Positions 51,917-60,724 of a stretch of DNA of 64,000 nt are shown one piece after another. The notes beneath the pieces are model-generated. The model searched no databases, was not told the DNA's origin, and saw only the letters and a program-made list of their open reading frames with translations. A program made the position numbers and the translations under genes. The stretch's first letter is position 1. The number at the start of each line of letters is the position of its first letter. This DNA is from Oligoflexia bacterium (GTDB taxonomy: Bacteria; Bdellovibrionota; Bdellovibrionia; JABDDW01). The DNA lies in the NCBI GenBank assembly GCA_020847095.1, contig JADLCR010000014.1, positions 33,647-97,646 of the forward strand, read 5' to 3'.

Positions 51917-52204
51917 ATGCCCAAGTTGACTGTTCTTCCGAGTGGGGCGTCTTTGGACGTCGCGGTCGGAACCAATTTGATGGAAGCCATTCAAAAGCTG
52001 GGACTTCCTATCGGAAGTTCTTGCGGGGCCATTGCCGTGTGCGCCAAATGCGGAGTAGAAATTGTGGGGGGCCATGAAAACCTGAGCCCAGCTACGGCGC
52101 TCGAAGAAAAACTCCTCGCCCGAGATCACCTTGGTAAAAGTGTTCGCCTGACTTGCATCACTCGAATTCATGGCGACGTCACCGTAAAGGCCTCCTACTG
52201 GTGA
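51917..52204 (+). CDS. 2Fe-2S ferredoxin
   Basis: Cys pattern SSCGAIAVCAKCG ... LTCI (four Cys, Cx5Cx2C...C). About 95 aa from the internal Met. Confidence 0.65.
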   Translation: MPKLTVLPSGASLDVAVGTNLMEAIQKLGLPIGSSCGAIAVCAKCGVEIVGGHENLSPATALEEKLLARDHLGKSVRLTCITRIHGDVTVKASYW

Positions 52205-52920
52205 GATTGCGGTTTCAATAGCTGGACGTAATTAATCCGAACCCCTTGCTTAATAAAAATGCGCTCAAAAGCCGTCACAAAGTTTTCATCAGCCCATGGA
52301 CTCTGATGGAGATCTCGAGATTCCCTGAGTATTTTGTAAGGACTTTTCTTAATTTCTTCTACGGCAAATTCAAAATACGGAAGATCATCGGTCTTAATTG
52401 TCACGATCGAACCCGGTTTTTGAATTCGATAGAGCTTTTCAAAAAAATCTAGTTTCATCAGACGGTTTTTTTGCTGCTTTTTTCGGGGCCACGGATCGGG
52501 GAAAAAAATAAAAACGTTATCTAATTCGTTTTCGCCAAAAAGAAGCTCAATTTGTCGTGCTTGAAATCTAATACCTTTGGCGTTGGGAAGAAGATCTTTG
52601 CGCACCCTTCTTACCGTTTGCACGAGGGGCTTATACTTAAGTTCAATTCCCAATAGATTTCTGTTTGGTTCTTTTCGAGCTTGATAATCAAAAAAAGTCC
52701 CATTCCCGCAACCGATCTCTAGGTCCAAGGGAAGGCTTGGATTAGAAAAGATTTGGCGCCATTCGCCCCTCTGACTGGCCGCCTCTTCGTCCACGAAGAT
52801 CCATCCCTTATACTCCGGAAGCATCTGCACGTAGATGTTTGGAAAAGGGATATTCCTGGTTAAGCTCATCTTTAATTGCGACATGTGACGCTGGATATCA
52901 TTCCCCATTAAAAAGAGCAA
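52195..52920 (-). CDS. trmB: tRNA (guanine46-N7)-methyltransferase
   Basis: LEIGCGNG SAM motif, FFPDPWPKK-like (FFPDPWPRKKQQKNR). Confidence 0.8.
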   Translation of the reverse strand: MLFLMGNDIQRHMSQLKMSLTRNIPFPNIYVQMLPEYKGWIFVDEEAASQRGEWRQIFSNPSLPLDLEIGCGNGTFFDYQARKEPNRNLLGIELKYKPLVQTVRRVRKDLLPNAKGIRFQARQIELLFGENELDNVFIFFPDPWPRKKQQKNRLMKLDFFEKLYRIQKPGSIVTIKTDDLPYFEFAVEEIKKSPYKILRESRDLHQSPWADENFVTAFERIFIKQGVRINYVQLLKPQSHQ

Positions 52921-52998
52921 CGGCCAAAGACCCTTTCCCGATTCACAGACCTGGTATAAGATGCTGAAATATTTGAATATTTTTTATGGAGGCACGAA

Positions 52999-53922
52999 AT
53001 GAGAATTCTTGTTACTGGCGGCACGGGCTTTATCGGAAATGCCATTATTTCAAGAATCCTTCAAGAGCCCGAACTGGAGGCCTGTTGCCTCACGCGCAAT
53101 CCAAGTTCTGGAAGAGCCAAACTTCCTGCCCGGGTTCAATTATTAAAGGGCGATGTGACGAACAAAAGCTCCCTTCCGCTAATGCAAAGCTTTGACGTCA
53201 TCATTCATTGCGTTCAATTTCCAAATCACCCTGTTCAGAACCCGTCTCGGGGTTACACTTACGAGAAGTACGACGCCGAAGGCACGGAGAACCTCATTGC
53301 TCATCTCAAAGAGCAACTCCACCGTGGCTTGAAGCGATTTATTTATATTTCTGGCGCGGGCACCGCCGCAGGAAAGAGCGAGCCGTGGTTTAAAGCCAAG
53401 TGGCGCGCTGAAGAGGCCATAAGAAAATCGGGGTTTCCGTTTGTAATCGTGCGACCAAGCTGGGTCTATGGTCCCGGAGACAAAAGCATGTCCAAATTCA
53501 TTGCCTTTGCTAAGCTCCTTCCATTCATGCCCGTTCTTGGAGACGGTCAGGGTAGAGTAAGCCCACTTTTCGTCAACGATCTTTCAGAAATTGTTTTTAA
53601 GTGTCTTCGCTCGCCTGAAGTACTCAATCAAACGATTGAAGTGGGCGGACCTGAAAACTTGAAAATGGAAGACATCCAAAAACAAGTGCTCCGCTGTCTA
53701 GGGAAATCCAAACCCCTTTGGCATCAGCCCATAGCCCTATTAAAGCCACTTTCGGGGATGATGGCGGCCGTTTTGCCTACCCCGCCACTGTCTCCCGAGG
53801 CATTAGATTTTATTACGATGGACGCTCCAGTGACGAATTCCTCAATTATAAACCAGCTGGGCATTCAATTAACAAAGTTGCCCGAGGGCCTGGCCCGGTA
53901 TGCAGTTGACTCCTCGCAGTAA
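52999..53922 (+). CDS. NAD(P)-dependent epimerase/dehydratase-family (NmrA-like) protein
   Basis: ILVTGGTGFIGNAII Rossmann motif. YxxxK-like region. Confidence 0.75.
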   Translation: MRILVTGGTGFIGNAIISRILQEPELEACCLTRNPSSGRAKLPARVQLLKGDVTNKSSLPLMQSFDVIIHCVQFPNHPVQNPSRGYTYEKYDAEGTENLIAHLKEQLHRGLKRFIYISGAGTAAGKSEPWFKAKWRAEEAIRKSGFPFVIVRPSWVYGPGDKSMSKFIAFAKLLPFMPVLGDGQGRVSPLFVNDLSEIVFKCLRSPEVLNQTIEVGGPENLKMEDIQKQVLRCLGKSKPLWHQPIALLKPLSGMMAAVLPTPPLSPEALDFITMDAPVTNSSIINQLGIQLTKLPEGLARYAVDSSQ

Positions 53923-53969
53923 ATTCCCTATAGGCTTAAGGAACATCTTGATGACGAAAGGGTCAAAAA

Positions 53970-54320
53970 ATGAGTGAAGAAAAGAAAGAAGAAACCAAAT
54001 CACCAGTTCAAGAGTTTCGACTACGTTTGAAAGATATTAAGAAACTTAAAGAAACCGTGCTTGAAGGTCTGGGCGCAAAGAACGGAAAAATCCGTGCCCT
54101 AGCTGCTAAAGCCGCTTTCAAACTTAAGGACCACGCATTCGTTAAGAAAAACGTGCTCCCGTTGATTGAATCCGAAAAGAGCACCAAGGTGCTTAAAGCT
54201 ATTGGAGATAAAATTAAGCGCGATAAGCTTTTTAAAAATCTGGAAAAGCTTTATTCGGCAAAGCCAAAGGCTAAAAAAGCAGAGGCCGCCGAAGGATCCG
54301 CAGAAGCTCCAAAGGCCTAA
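53970..54320 (+). CDS. Lys/Ala-rich hypothetical protein with histone-H1-like C-terminal tail
   Basis: C-terminus AKPKAKKAEAAEGSAEAPKA. Overall K-rich. Function is inferred only. Confidence 0.45.
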   Translation: MSEEKKEETKSPVQEFRLRLKDIKKLKETVLEGLGAKNGKIRALAAKAAFKLKDHAFVKKNVLPLIESEKSTKVLKAIGDKIKRDKLFKNLEKLYSAKPKAKKAEAAEGSAEAPKA

Positions 54321-54336
54321 AGCAGCTCCCATTTAA

Positions 54337-54958
54337 ATGACTAAGACCAAAGCAAACCCAAAAAAAAGGAGGCATTTCAAAAGCCTCCTTAAACTTTTTC
54401 TGATGGCGTGCGTGGCATGGGGCGGCGCTGTTTGGTATTACAATCGACTGCTGCATTTTCCGCCTTGGTATAAACCTCTTGGACCCATGCACCAGGAGTG
54501 TCGATCGGATAATCAATTTAACGATCGATTTGACCTCTCGAAAGTCGCAATCAAAAAGCACGTCATTTTGCCTGATAATGATCCGGAATATCCTCTGTAC
54601 GCCTGGCATTTTAAGCCCGTTAAAGGCTCGCGAGTTCAAGGCGTTGTTCTCGTTCATGGGGCCGGAATGGATCTACCTACCGAAGTTGTTTAAGAGTGCA
54701 CTCGTTCACTCTGTTCTCTATTTTAACAAGGCCATTGATCTTCCGGGCATCAACCTTCTTACTCCACCCCAACAGCCCCGCATTCTTTTACTGTACGGCG
54801 ACGAAGATCTCTTAACACCGTCGTTTCAAAGTGAACTCCTCAAAGAAGTTTGGCCTCCGTTTGAAACCGTGGTTTTCAAAGGCGCCAAGCACTCTAAGTT
54901 AATCAATCACGCCCCTCACAAACTTGAATCGGTCGTTTTGGATTTTCTGGAAAAATAA
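54337..54958 (+). pseudogene. alpha/beta hydrolase interrupted by a frameshift (or sequencing error)
   Basis: ORF 54337..54693 ends ...VVLVHGAGMD (HG oxyanion motif) and ORF 54479..54958 continues in the +2 frame (LLLYGDEDLLTP...FKGAKHSKL). The two halves make one hydrolase-sized protein. Confidence 0.45.
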
Positions 54959-54990
54959 AAAAGGCGATCAAAACTGATCGCCCTTTTCGC
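54955..54990. terminator. bidirectional rho-independent terminator between convergent genes
   Basis: GGCGATCA-aaac-TGATCGCC hairpin flanked by an A-run 5' and a T-rich stretch 3'. Serves the hydrolase (+) and the histone-fold gene (-). Confidence 0.55.
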
Positions 54991-55009
54991 GGTCTATTTA
55001 ATTTCTAAA

Positions 55010-55192
55010 TTAGAAATCGTTTGCGCGAACGGTTTTTCGGCCGTTTGATTTTGCGCGAGCAACAGCTTTTGAAACATGATGCTCTACAACGCTGGTCAAT
55101 GCACCCATCACGTCGGAAGCGCAGTTCATTTTATTTTTCTTGATTAGAGCCTTCACTTTAGCTTGAACTACCAATGCTTCTTTCTTTGCCAT
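55010..55192 (-). CDS. histone-fold DNA-binding protein (bacterial histone, HBb/Bd0055-like)
   Basis: RBS AAGGGAG. 60 aa: MAKKEALVVQAKVKALIKKNKMNCASDVMGALTSVVEHHVSKAVARAKSNGRKTVRANDF. The ...A.GRKT(V/I)...D motif matches the archaeal HMfB histone-fold loop L2/alpha3 (AGRKTIKAEDI). Confidence 0.6.
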   Translation of the reverse strand: MAKKEALVVQAKVKALIKKNKMNCASDVMGALTSVVEHHVSKAVARAKSNGRKTVRANDF

Positions 55193-55289
55193 AATAATCT
55201 CCCTTTAGATTCATATTATTGTGTCTTGTCGAAGGAAATTATGAATTTGACTCTGCGAGTTTGTCAAGACGGATTGGGTTTGATCTCAA

Positions 55290-55985
55290 TCAAATCTTTT
55301 TCCAGTACCAGCTCTCAGTTAACACTCCCGCCCAATCAGTCTCAAGAAAGTCTACCATCGGAATTAGAGCTTCTAGACTTTGATGAAGGTCCTGACGACA
55401 CACCGCCGGGCCCTGTGGACTCAACACTTGCATCTTTTTGGTACGACTGAGCCCCTTGAGCTTTTGAGAATGGATTCCGCAAGAAAAGATACGACTTTGA
55501 ATAGAAAGTCGTTTCAAATTATCAATCTGATTTTTTGACTCAAATACGGGATTTTCCAGAACGAGGCGGGCTACCCTTTTGGGGTTTTTCTTCGCAAACC
55601 GAGCCGCTATTTGCGCTTGTTCAAAACCGCCATACACAAGCACCGGAAGGGAATTAAATCTCATCTTAACTTCTCGAAGGGTCACTTTTAGAGACCGGTT
55701 CCAATCAGTTGATTTAAAATTTTGAGAATCCATAACTGCTACGGTAGAAAATCCCCGACGACAAAATTCCCGAGATACCTGACGGACTGACTTTAACCCC
55801 TGGCTCGTAACGAAAAGCACCGCAGCCCCTTGGGGCGAAAAAGCGTTCATTCTCATCAGACGAATGGGTTGGCCGCCTTTATATTCATGATTGACGATTT
55901 GAACATCGCAAGGTGCGGCTAAGAGCAAGCTGGGGATGCCTGCGAAAATAATATTTAAAACCAATACGGCCAATGCCCATCGCAT
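55290..55985 (-). CDS. DUF218 (SanA/YdcF/ElyC-family) protein
   Basis: Signal/TM N-terminus. Central DUF218-like block (VLFVTSQGLKSVRQVSREF...LPVLVYGGFEQAQIAARFAK). The C-terminal extent is uncertain. Confidence 0.55.
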   Translation of the reverse strand: MRWALAVLVLNIIFAGIPSLLLAAPCDVQIVNHEYKGGQPIRLMRMNAFSPQGAAVLFVTSQGLKSVRQVSREFCRRGFSTVAVMDSQNFKSTDWNRSLKVTLREVKMRFNSLPVLVYGGFEQAQIAARFAKKNPKRVARLVLENPVFESKNQIDNLKRLSIQSRIFSCGIHSQKLKGLSRTKKMQVLSPQGPAVCRQDLHQSLEALIPMVDFLETDWAGVLTESWYWKKI

Positions 55986-56096
55986 AAGCCTTTACTAAGG
56001 CAATTGCCGTACCGTCTCAGACCCGTCTCATAGGATTTAAATGATCTCAATGATCAAAAACGACTTCAGTCGGATGCCGTTTTTTGGCACTTTCCA

Positions 56097-57893
56097 CTAT
56101 TTAGAAAGGCCGCCTAAACCATTAGCCCCGCTGCATTTGAGAAAGTCATTTTTTCTCTGGACGACTTCGGCAACCGTTTGGCGCGCTTGTCTTCTGAGAC
56201 CTTCATAGGCCCCCCGAGAAATATCGGCCAGTTCAGGATCTAGCCAAATCAATATTTGCTCTTGGTTGTTATCGGCATTGGCGCTTTGGTTATAAGATGA
56301 TCCCAAAGTTGTGACGGGGCCCACAATGAGTAGTTTGTGATGAACTTTGGCAGCCACCTTAACAGTGGTACCGTCTAGCAAAGGAACCTGAAACTCACGA
56401 TAGTTTAAAGGGCTCACGAAAATTTCAGATCGCAGTTTTTTAATTCCCTCTTCGCCAAGAAGCTTAAACCACGGACTTTTTTTGTTTTCGCGATACTCTT
56501 TTGTTTCGGGGTCGCGCTCAAAGCCTGACATGCTTAAAAAGCCACTCCATTCAGCGACAGCAAATACCCGATCGCCTATGGCATGGAATTCAAATTCTTT
56601 TCCTTCACGCACTCGGGTCTCGGCAATCTGAAGCAAAGTAGCCTCGAGGTCATCTGAAGAATTCGCAAAGGCCATCATGTAAATGGGTTGATCCGGATAT
56701 TTGTAAAGGACTCGAGAAAGCATATCCCTGTTAATGTTTCCGTATCCTCCTCGGGGAGTAAATGCGACAGTGAGATTAGTTCCATTTGGTCCCTCAATGC
56801 GGTAAGCCCCTCCCAATGGGTAATCACTTCCGCGAAGCTTGAGCACCAAAGTTTTAGTGAGTTCGTGAGCAACAAGCTCAGCGAAAATCGGACTTTGAAT
56901 CACCATCAGGTGATTGGCATTAGGCTTTCCAAGCTTTCGATATTTCGGATCGTATTTAAGTCCCTCTAGATCCCCTTCACAACTCGAACATGACGCCGTC
57001 AAATTGGCGGATGCGGCTATGACAGTGCCTTTGCCGGGAATAAGGCGATCAAAAACCCCGAGCTTTTGGTGATTCAGATTTACTGGATCTACGAGTTCGA
57101 CTTGAACACCGTTGTCTTTTAGTTTTTTAACAACGCGCTTAACCGGCTCTCTCGCCGTTTCTCCTTCGGCCATGTTTTTATCAATACCAATGATTCCTTT
57201 TACTCCACGGTCCTTGACAGCGCGTATGGCTGCATCAGCAACCCGCTCCAAGTCAAATTCGAATACATTGATCATAAAATCCGATTTGGTTTTATCCAGC
57301 TCTTCAATCCACTTTGAAGCCAAGTCTACCGGAGGCACCAACGCGCCATTTGGAGCAACGGTCAAATGACTAAAGTAAACCTGACGGCCCAAAATTCCAG
57401 GTGAACCGTCCGCAGTCTTAAGTATCATTGGTCTTGTGGGATCGTTGATCTTGCTAAATATTTCTACAATGTCTTTGGCTTCAAAAAGATCTTTAAATTT
57501 TTCCTTAAATTCTTTTCTTAAAGCTTTGATTTTTTCCGTGTCTTCTTCTGGATTCTCTGGAATGGCCTCTAGGTACTTTTTAAGCAGCGGCCAATGCTGG
57601 GGGAATTTTTGAAGCAGCAAAACAAATTGGGCCTCTGACATTTCTTTGATTTGATCGGGAAGACCATATTTTTTTGCCACCTCTGGGTCAATGGTGAGCT
57701 CGTCGGCAAACATCTCTTTTAAAAATTTCTTTACTGTAGGCCGGCCAATTAGGGTCTCTCGAGCGAGTTCAAAAATCTGGCGATAGTCGTAAGTGGCCTC
57801 TGGTTTTGCAACAGCTGCCGATTGGTTAAGCAAGATTGCTGAAAGAATTACAAAAATGCCTACGCGAATGGGGCCTACAATTGAATTTATCAT
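56097..57893 (-). CDS. phospholipase D-family (HKD) protein, secreted
   Basis: HKD motifs: HQKLGVFD...GSANLT and HHKLLIVGPVTTLGSSYNQSANADNN. The internal Met at 57893 gives a signal peptide. Confidence 0.7.
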   Translation of the reverse strand: MINSIVGPIRVGIFVILSAILLNQSAAVAKPEATYDYRQIFELARETLIGRPTVKKFLKEMFADELTIDPEVAKKYGLPDQIKEMSEAQFVLLLQKFPQHWPLLKKYLEAIPENPEEDTEKIKALRKEFKEKFKDLFEAKDIVEIFSKINDPTRPMILKTADGSPGILGRQVYFSHLTVAPNGALVPPVDLASKWIEELDKTKSDFMINVFEFDLERVADAAIRAVKDRGVKGIIGIDKNMAEGETAREPVKRVVKKLKDNGVQVELVDPVNLNHQKLGVFDRLIPGKGTVIAASANLTASCSSCEGDLEGLKYDPKYRKLGKPNANHLMVIQSPIFAELVAHELTKTLVLKLRGSDYPLGGAYRIEGPNGTNLTVAFTPRGGYGNINRDMLSRVLYKYPDQPIYMMAFANSSDDLEATLLQIAETRVREGKEFEFHAIGDRVFAVAEWSGFLSMSGFERDPETKEYRENKKSPWFKLLGEEGIKKLRSEIFVSPLNYREFQVPLLDGTTVKVAAKVHHKLLIVGPVTTLGSSYNQSANADNNQEQILIWLDPELADISRGAYEGLRRQARQTVAEVVQRKNDFLKCSGANGLGGLSK

Positions 57894-58045
57894 GATCACT
57901 CCCTCAGCCGGACTCTCTGTGCAATCACGACGCCAATTTGCACATAACGGGTCTTTGAGATCCCGAAAGTTCACCTTTTTTGTCCAAATATTTTTCACTT
58001 TCCGCTGGTTTAAAGTCCCGCGCCCTATCGGCCGAACTCTGGGTT

Positions 58046-59176
58046 ATGAAGAAGTTGTGGGGAACGAGCGGACTTGCGCTGCTCGGAATATTTGTATTTT
58101 CTGGCTGTCAAGAAACAGGAAGCAGTTTTAAATCCGTTTCCTCTGCAGGAGGCGCGTTATCGGCACCAAGACCTTCGCCGTCAGGGTTTCCGACCCCCTA
58201 TTCTCCAACTCCACCGCCACCAAGTCCTTCTCCAACGTCAACTCCATTGCCGCCTGGACTTACTCAAGGACCGCTGCGCGTTCAAGGTCGGCAATTCGTC
58301 GATAAGACTGGCACACCGGTTTACCTCACCGGAGCCATCATTTGCTGCGAACTCGCCAAAGAAAATGGCTGGCCCTTTATTAGCATCGAAGCTCTCGAAA
58401 AAATAGCAAACCATAAAGCGAACTTTACCCATGTGAGACTAGGACCAAACACCCCTGATTCTGAGGGCCCTGAGTTTGTGGCTTATTTAAATGTGGGAAA
58501 TAATAAAGTTGATCTCTATCAATGGAATCCTGACTTTTGGATTCGACTTCGCCAAATTCTTCAGAGGGCTCGCGAGTTAGGGATCTATGTTGAAATTTCG
58601 TTAATTGACGCTTGGGTATTAGAGCGACCTGATATTCACGCTTGGGCCGCTCAGAACAACATCAACGGTATTGATGAAGGAAATTGCGACATGATGCGTG
58701 CCCATCCACGTGGCATACACGAGGCGTGGATCCGAAAAATAGCTCAGGAAACGGGCGAATTCGACAACGTGATGTATGAAATCGGTAATGAAACATTTGA
58801 TTGCGGCGGAACCGTGACTCCTGAATGGGAGCTCGGAATTGCTCGAATCATGCGAGATGAGCTTCAAAAAAGAGGCTTCGGTTTGCGTCCCATCGGAACC
58901 AATTCTCATGAGTCTTCAATCGAAGATCATTTCGAAATCGATTATATCAATCGTCACGTACAAAAAGTTCTCAGCGGCGGATCAAAGCCCATGCTCGTCA
59001 ACGAATACAACGGGGACTTTATTGCGAATTTGACTGCTGATCAATTTCTGAGTCATCTTAGAGAGGCCTATAGCAAAGGGACTGTCTTTCACCTTTGGCG
59101 AGGCGATCTCGGTGAAAACAAGTGGAACAAGTTCTTAATAAAGCTTCGAGATTTTCACTCTGAGATCGGTCATTGA
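58046..59176 (+). CDS. lipoprotein with Pro/Ser-rich linker and GH5-like TIM-barrel glycoside-hydrolase domain
   Basis: Lipobox VFSGCQ. PSPSP...TPPPP linker. LRVQGRQFVDKTGTPVYLTGAI, YEIGNET (acid/base-like) and LVNEYNGD (nucleophile-like). Confidence 0.5.
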   Translation: MKKLWGTSGLALLGIFVFSGCQETGSSFKSVSSAGGALSAPRPSPSGFPTPYSPTPPPPSPSPTSTPLPPGLTQGPLRVQGRQFVDKTGTPVYLTGAIICCELAKENGWPFISIEALEKIANHKANFTHVRLGPNTPDSEGPEFVAYLNVGNNKVDLYQWNPDFWIRLRQILQRARELGIYVEISLIDAWVLERPDIHAWAAQNNINGIDEGNCDMMRAHPRGIHEAWIRKIAQETGEFDNVMYEIGNETFDCGGTVTPEWELGIARIMRDELQKRGFGLRPIGTNSHESSIEDHFEIDYINRHVQKVLSGGSKPMLVNEYNGDFIANLTADQFLSHLREAYSKGTVFHLWRGDLGENKWNKFLIKLRDFHSEIGH

Positions 59177-59222
59177 CCGATTAGTTACCAATTCACCAGA
59201 AACCAATCTGGGCTCGCTCAAA

Positions 59223-59573
59223 TCAAAACGGCTCGATTTGAGGATTTGCCCAGTTTGTGTAACGACCATCGGATTCAATGCGCTCGATCGAAGCCGCTAA
59301 AGCTTTTTCGCATTCATAATCAACGACGACAATGGAAACGCCATGGTAGGGAGCATCTTTATATGGGAAGTAATCCTTTTCCGTTGTTCTTGCTCTACAG
59401 CCATTAGACAACTTGATTTCGAAAGTTAAATCTTGTCTGGCCTGCAAAATTTCTTGGTCTGTTTGTACATGGCTTTTATCGATTGAAACCATAAGAGGAG
59501 ACTCTTTAGCAAAAGAAACCGAAGTCACTATCGTTATTGCCCAAAAGACCACCGAGAAAATACGGCAAAACAT
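59223..59573 (-). CDS. small secreted hypothetical protein
   Basis: Signal peptide MFCRIFSVVFWAITIVTSVSFA. Four Cys. Confidence 0.4.
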   Translation of the reverse strand: MFCRIFSVVFWAITIVTSVSFAKESPLMVSIDKSHVQTDQEILQARQDLTFEIKLSNGCRARTTEKDYFPYKDAPYHGVSIVVVDYECEKALAASIERIESDGRYTNWANPQIEPF

Positions 59574-59636
59574 GCATCTTACTCCTTTAAAACATAGGAA
59601 TTTGCTGCGATGTGTATCAGAAAAAATTGGAAAGCT

Positions 59637-59927
59637 CTACAGCTTCTCCAAAAAGGAATCGAGCAGAGGCTTCAAGTCCTCAACAACAACTTCGCTATAT
59701 TGTTCGTGGGTGGGTTCAAAGGTCACCACTGTTCCTTTTGTGCTGCAATAGCTCTGGCACTTTGTCCGACTGACCCAAATTTCAGTACTTTTACCTCGCG
59801 CCCTCAGTTCATCCCGAAGCCAAGTGACACACTTTTCACCCTCGCCGGCCAGGCACGACTCTTTTGGGGCCGGCTTTTCGTTGACGCAGACGAATATGCG
59901 CGCCTTGGGCAACTGTTCTTTTTTCAT
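59637..59927 (-). CDS. thioredoxin-like [2Fe-2S] ferredoxin-domain protein
   Basis: RIFVCVNEK...CLAGEGEKC...KCQSYC Cys spacing is typical of thioredoxin-like ferredoxins. Confidence 0.5.
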   Translation of the reverse strand: MKKEQLPKARIFVCVNEKPAPKESCLAGEGEKCVTWLRDELRARGKSTEIWVSRTKCQSYCSTKGTVVTFEPTHEQYSEVVVEDLKPLLDSFLEKL

Positions 59928-59975
59928 AACTCAGACCTCTTTTCTCGGACAGGATTTTGATGTAGATAGTCTCTC

Positions 59976-60224
59976 ATGACTGATATCGAAATCCAAAAGC
60001 GACTTCAAGAAAAGTGGCCTGGCACCCAGGTTATTACCGAAGATCTTACCGGAACCAAAGATCATTGGTCGGTAACGATTATTTCAGAAGCCTTTAATGG
60101 CAAATCCATGCTTGATTGCCATCGCATGGTGAAGGCGCTTTTTGATCAAGACATTGCATCGGGCGATGTTCACGCCTTGTCAATTAAGACATTCACCCCT
60201 GACCAATGGTCAAAAAGGAGCTAA
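59976..60224 (+). CDS. BolA-family protein
   Basis: BolA pattern (DHWSVTIISEAFNGKSMLDCHRMV, GDVHALSIKTFTPDQW). Confidence 0.8.
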   Translation: MTDIEIQKRLQEKWPGTQVITEDLTGTKDHWSVTIISEAFNGKSMLDCHRMVKALFDQDIASGDVHALSIKTFTPDQWSKRS

Positions 60225-60225
60225 T

Positions 60226-60537
60226 GTGGAACAAGACGCACTTAAAAAGAAAATTGAAGAGACCGTAAAATCGAATCCCATCGTCATATTCATGAAAGGC
60301 ACAAAAGAATTCCCAATGTGTGGTTTTTCAGCAAGGGCCGTTCAGGTTCTTCAAACCCTTAAAAAACCCATTTTCGACATTGATGTTTTATCAGACGACC
60401 CACTTTGGGGTGCTCTCGAGGAGTACACCCAATGGCCAACGGTTCCTCAAATCTTTATTAATGGCGAATTTGTTGGGGGTTGCGACATTGTGACCGAGCT
60501 TCATGAGCGCGGTGAACTCGAAAAAATGGCGCAATAA
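60226..60537 (+). CDS. grxD: monothiol glutaredoxin (Grx4-type)
   Basis: AAAGGAG RBS then a GTG start 1 nt after the BolA stop. CGFS active site. WPTVPQIFINGEFVGGCDI. Confidence 0.85.
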   Translation: MEQDALKKKIEETVKSNPIVIFMKGTKEFPMCGFSARAVQVLQTLKKPIFDIDVLSDDPLWGALEEYTQWPTVPQIFINGEFVGGCDIVTELHERGELEKMAQ

Positions 60538-60659
60538 CTAATATATTTGTTATTAAATAAAATATAATCGTTTTAATGGTAGCGGTGTTTCTTTTTAAAA
60601 CCCCTGTGGGTTAACCTATTAAATATCGTATCTATCTGTAATCACTCAACTTTGACCTA

Positions 60660-60687
60660 TTTACACGTTGTGTCAATATAGTATAAT
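60660..60687 (+). promoter_or_regulatory. candidate sigma70 promoter (TTTACA-16-TATAAT)
   Basis: Near-consensus -35 and -10 elements in an AT-rich 130-bp intergenic region upstream of the PA14/FN3 lipoprotein gene. Confidence 0.4.
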
Positions 60688-60724
60688 GATAGATGGCTCA
60701 AAGAGCCAGTTGGGGGATACATAT

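Noticed and set aside
55163-55450. 95-aa ORF with acidic C-terminus overlapping the DUF218 gene on the opposite strand
   Set aside because: It overlaps the 3' part of the DUF218 CDS by 160 bp and has no clear RBS. It cannot be excluded that DUF218 is shorter and this small acidic protein is real, so I left it unannotated.
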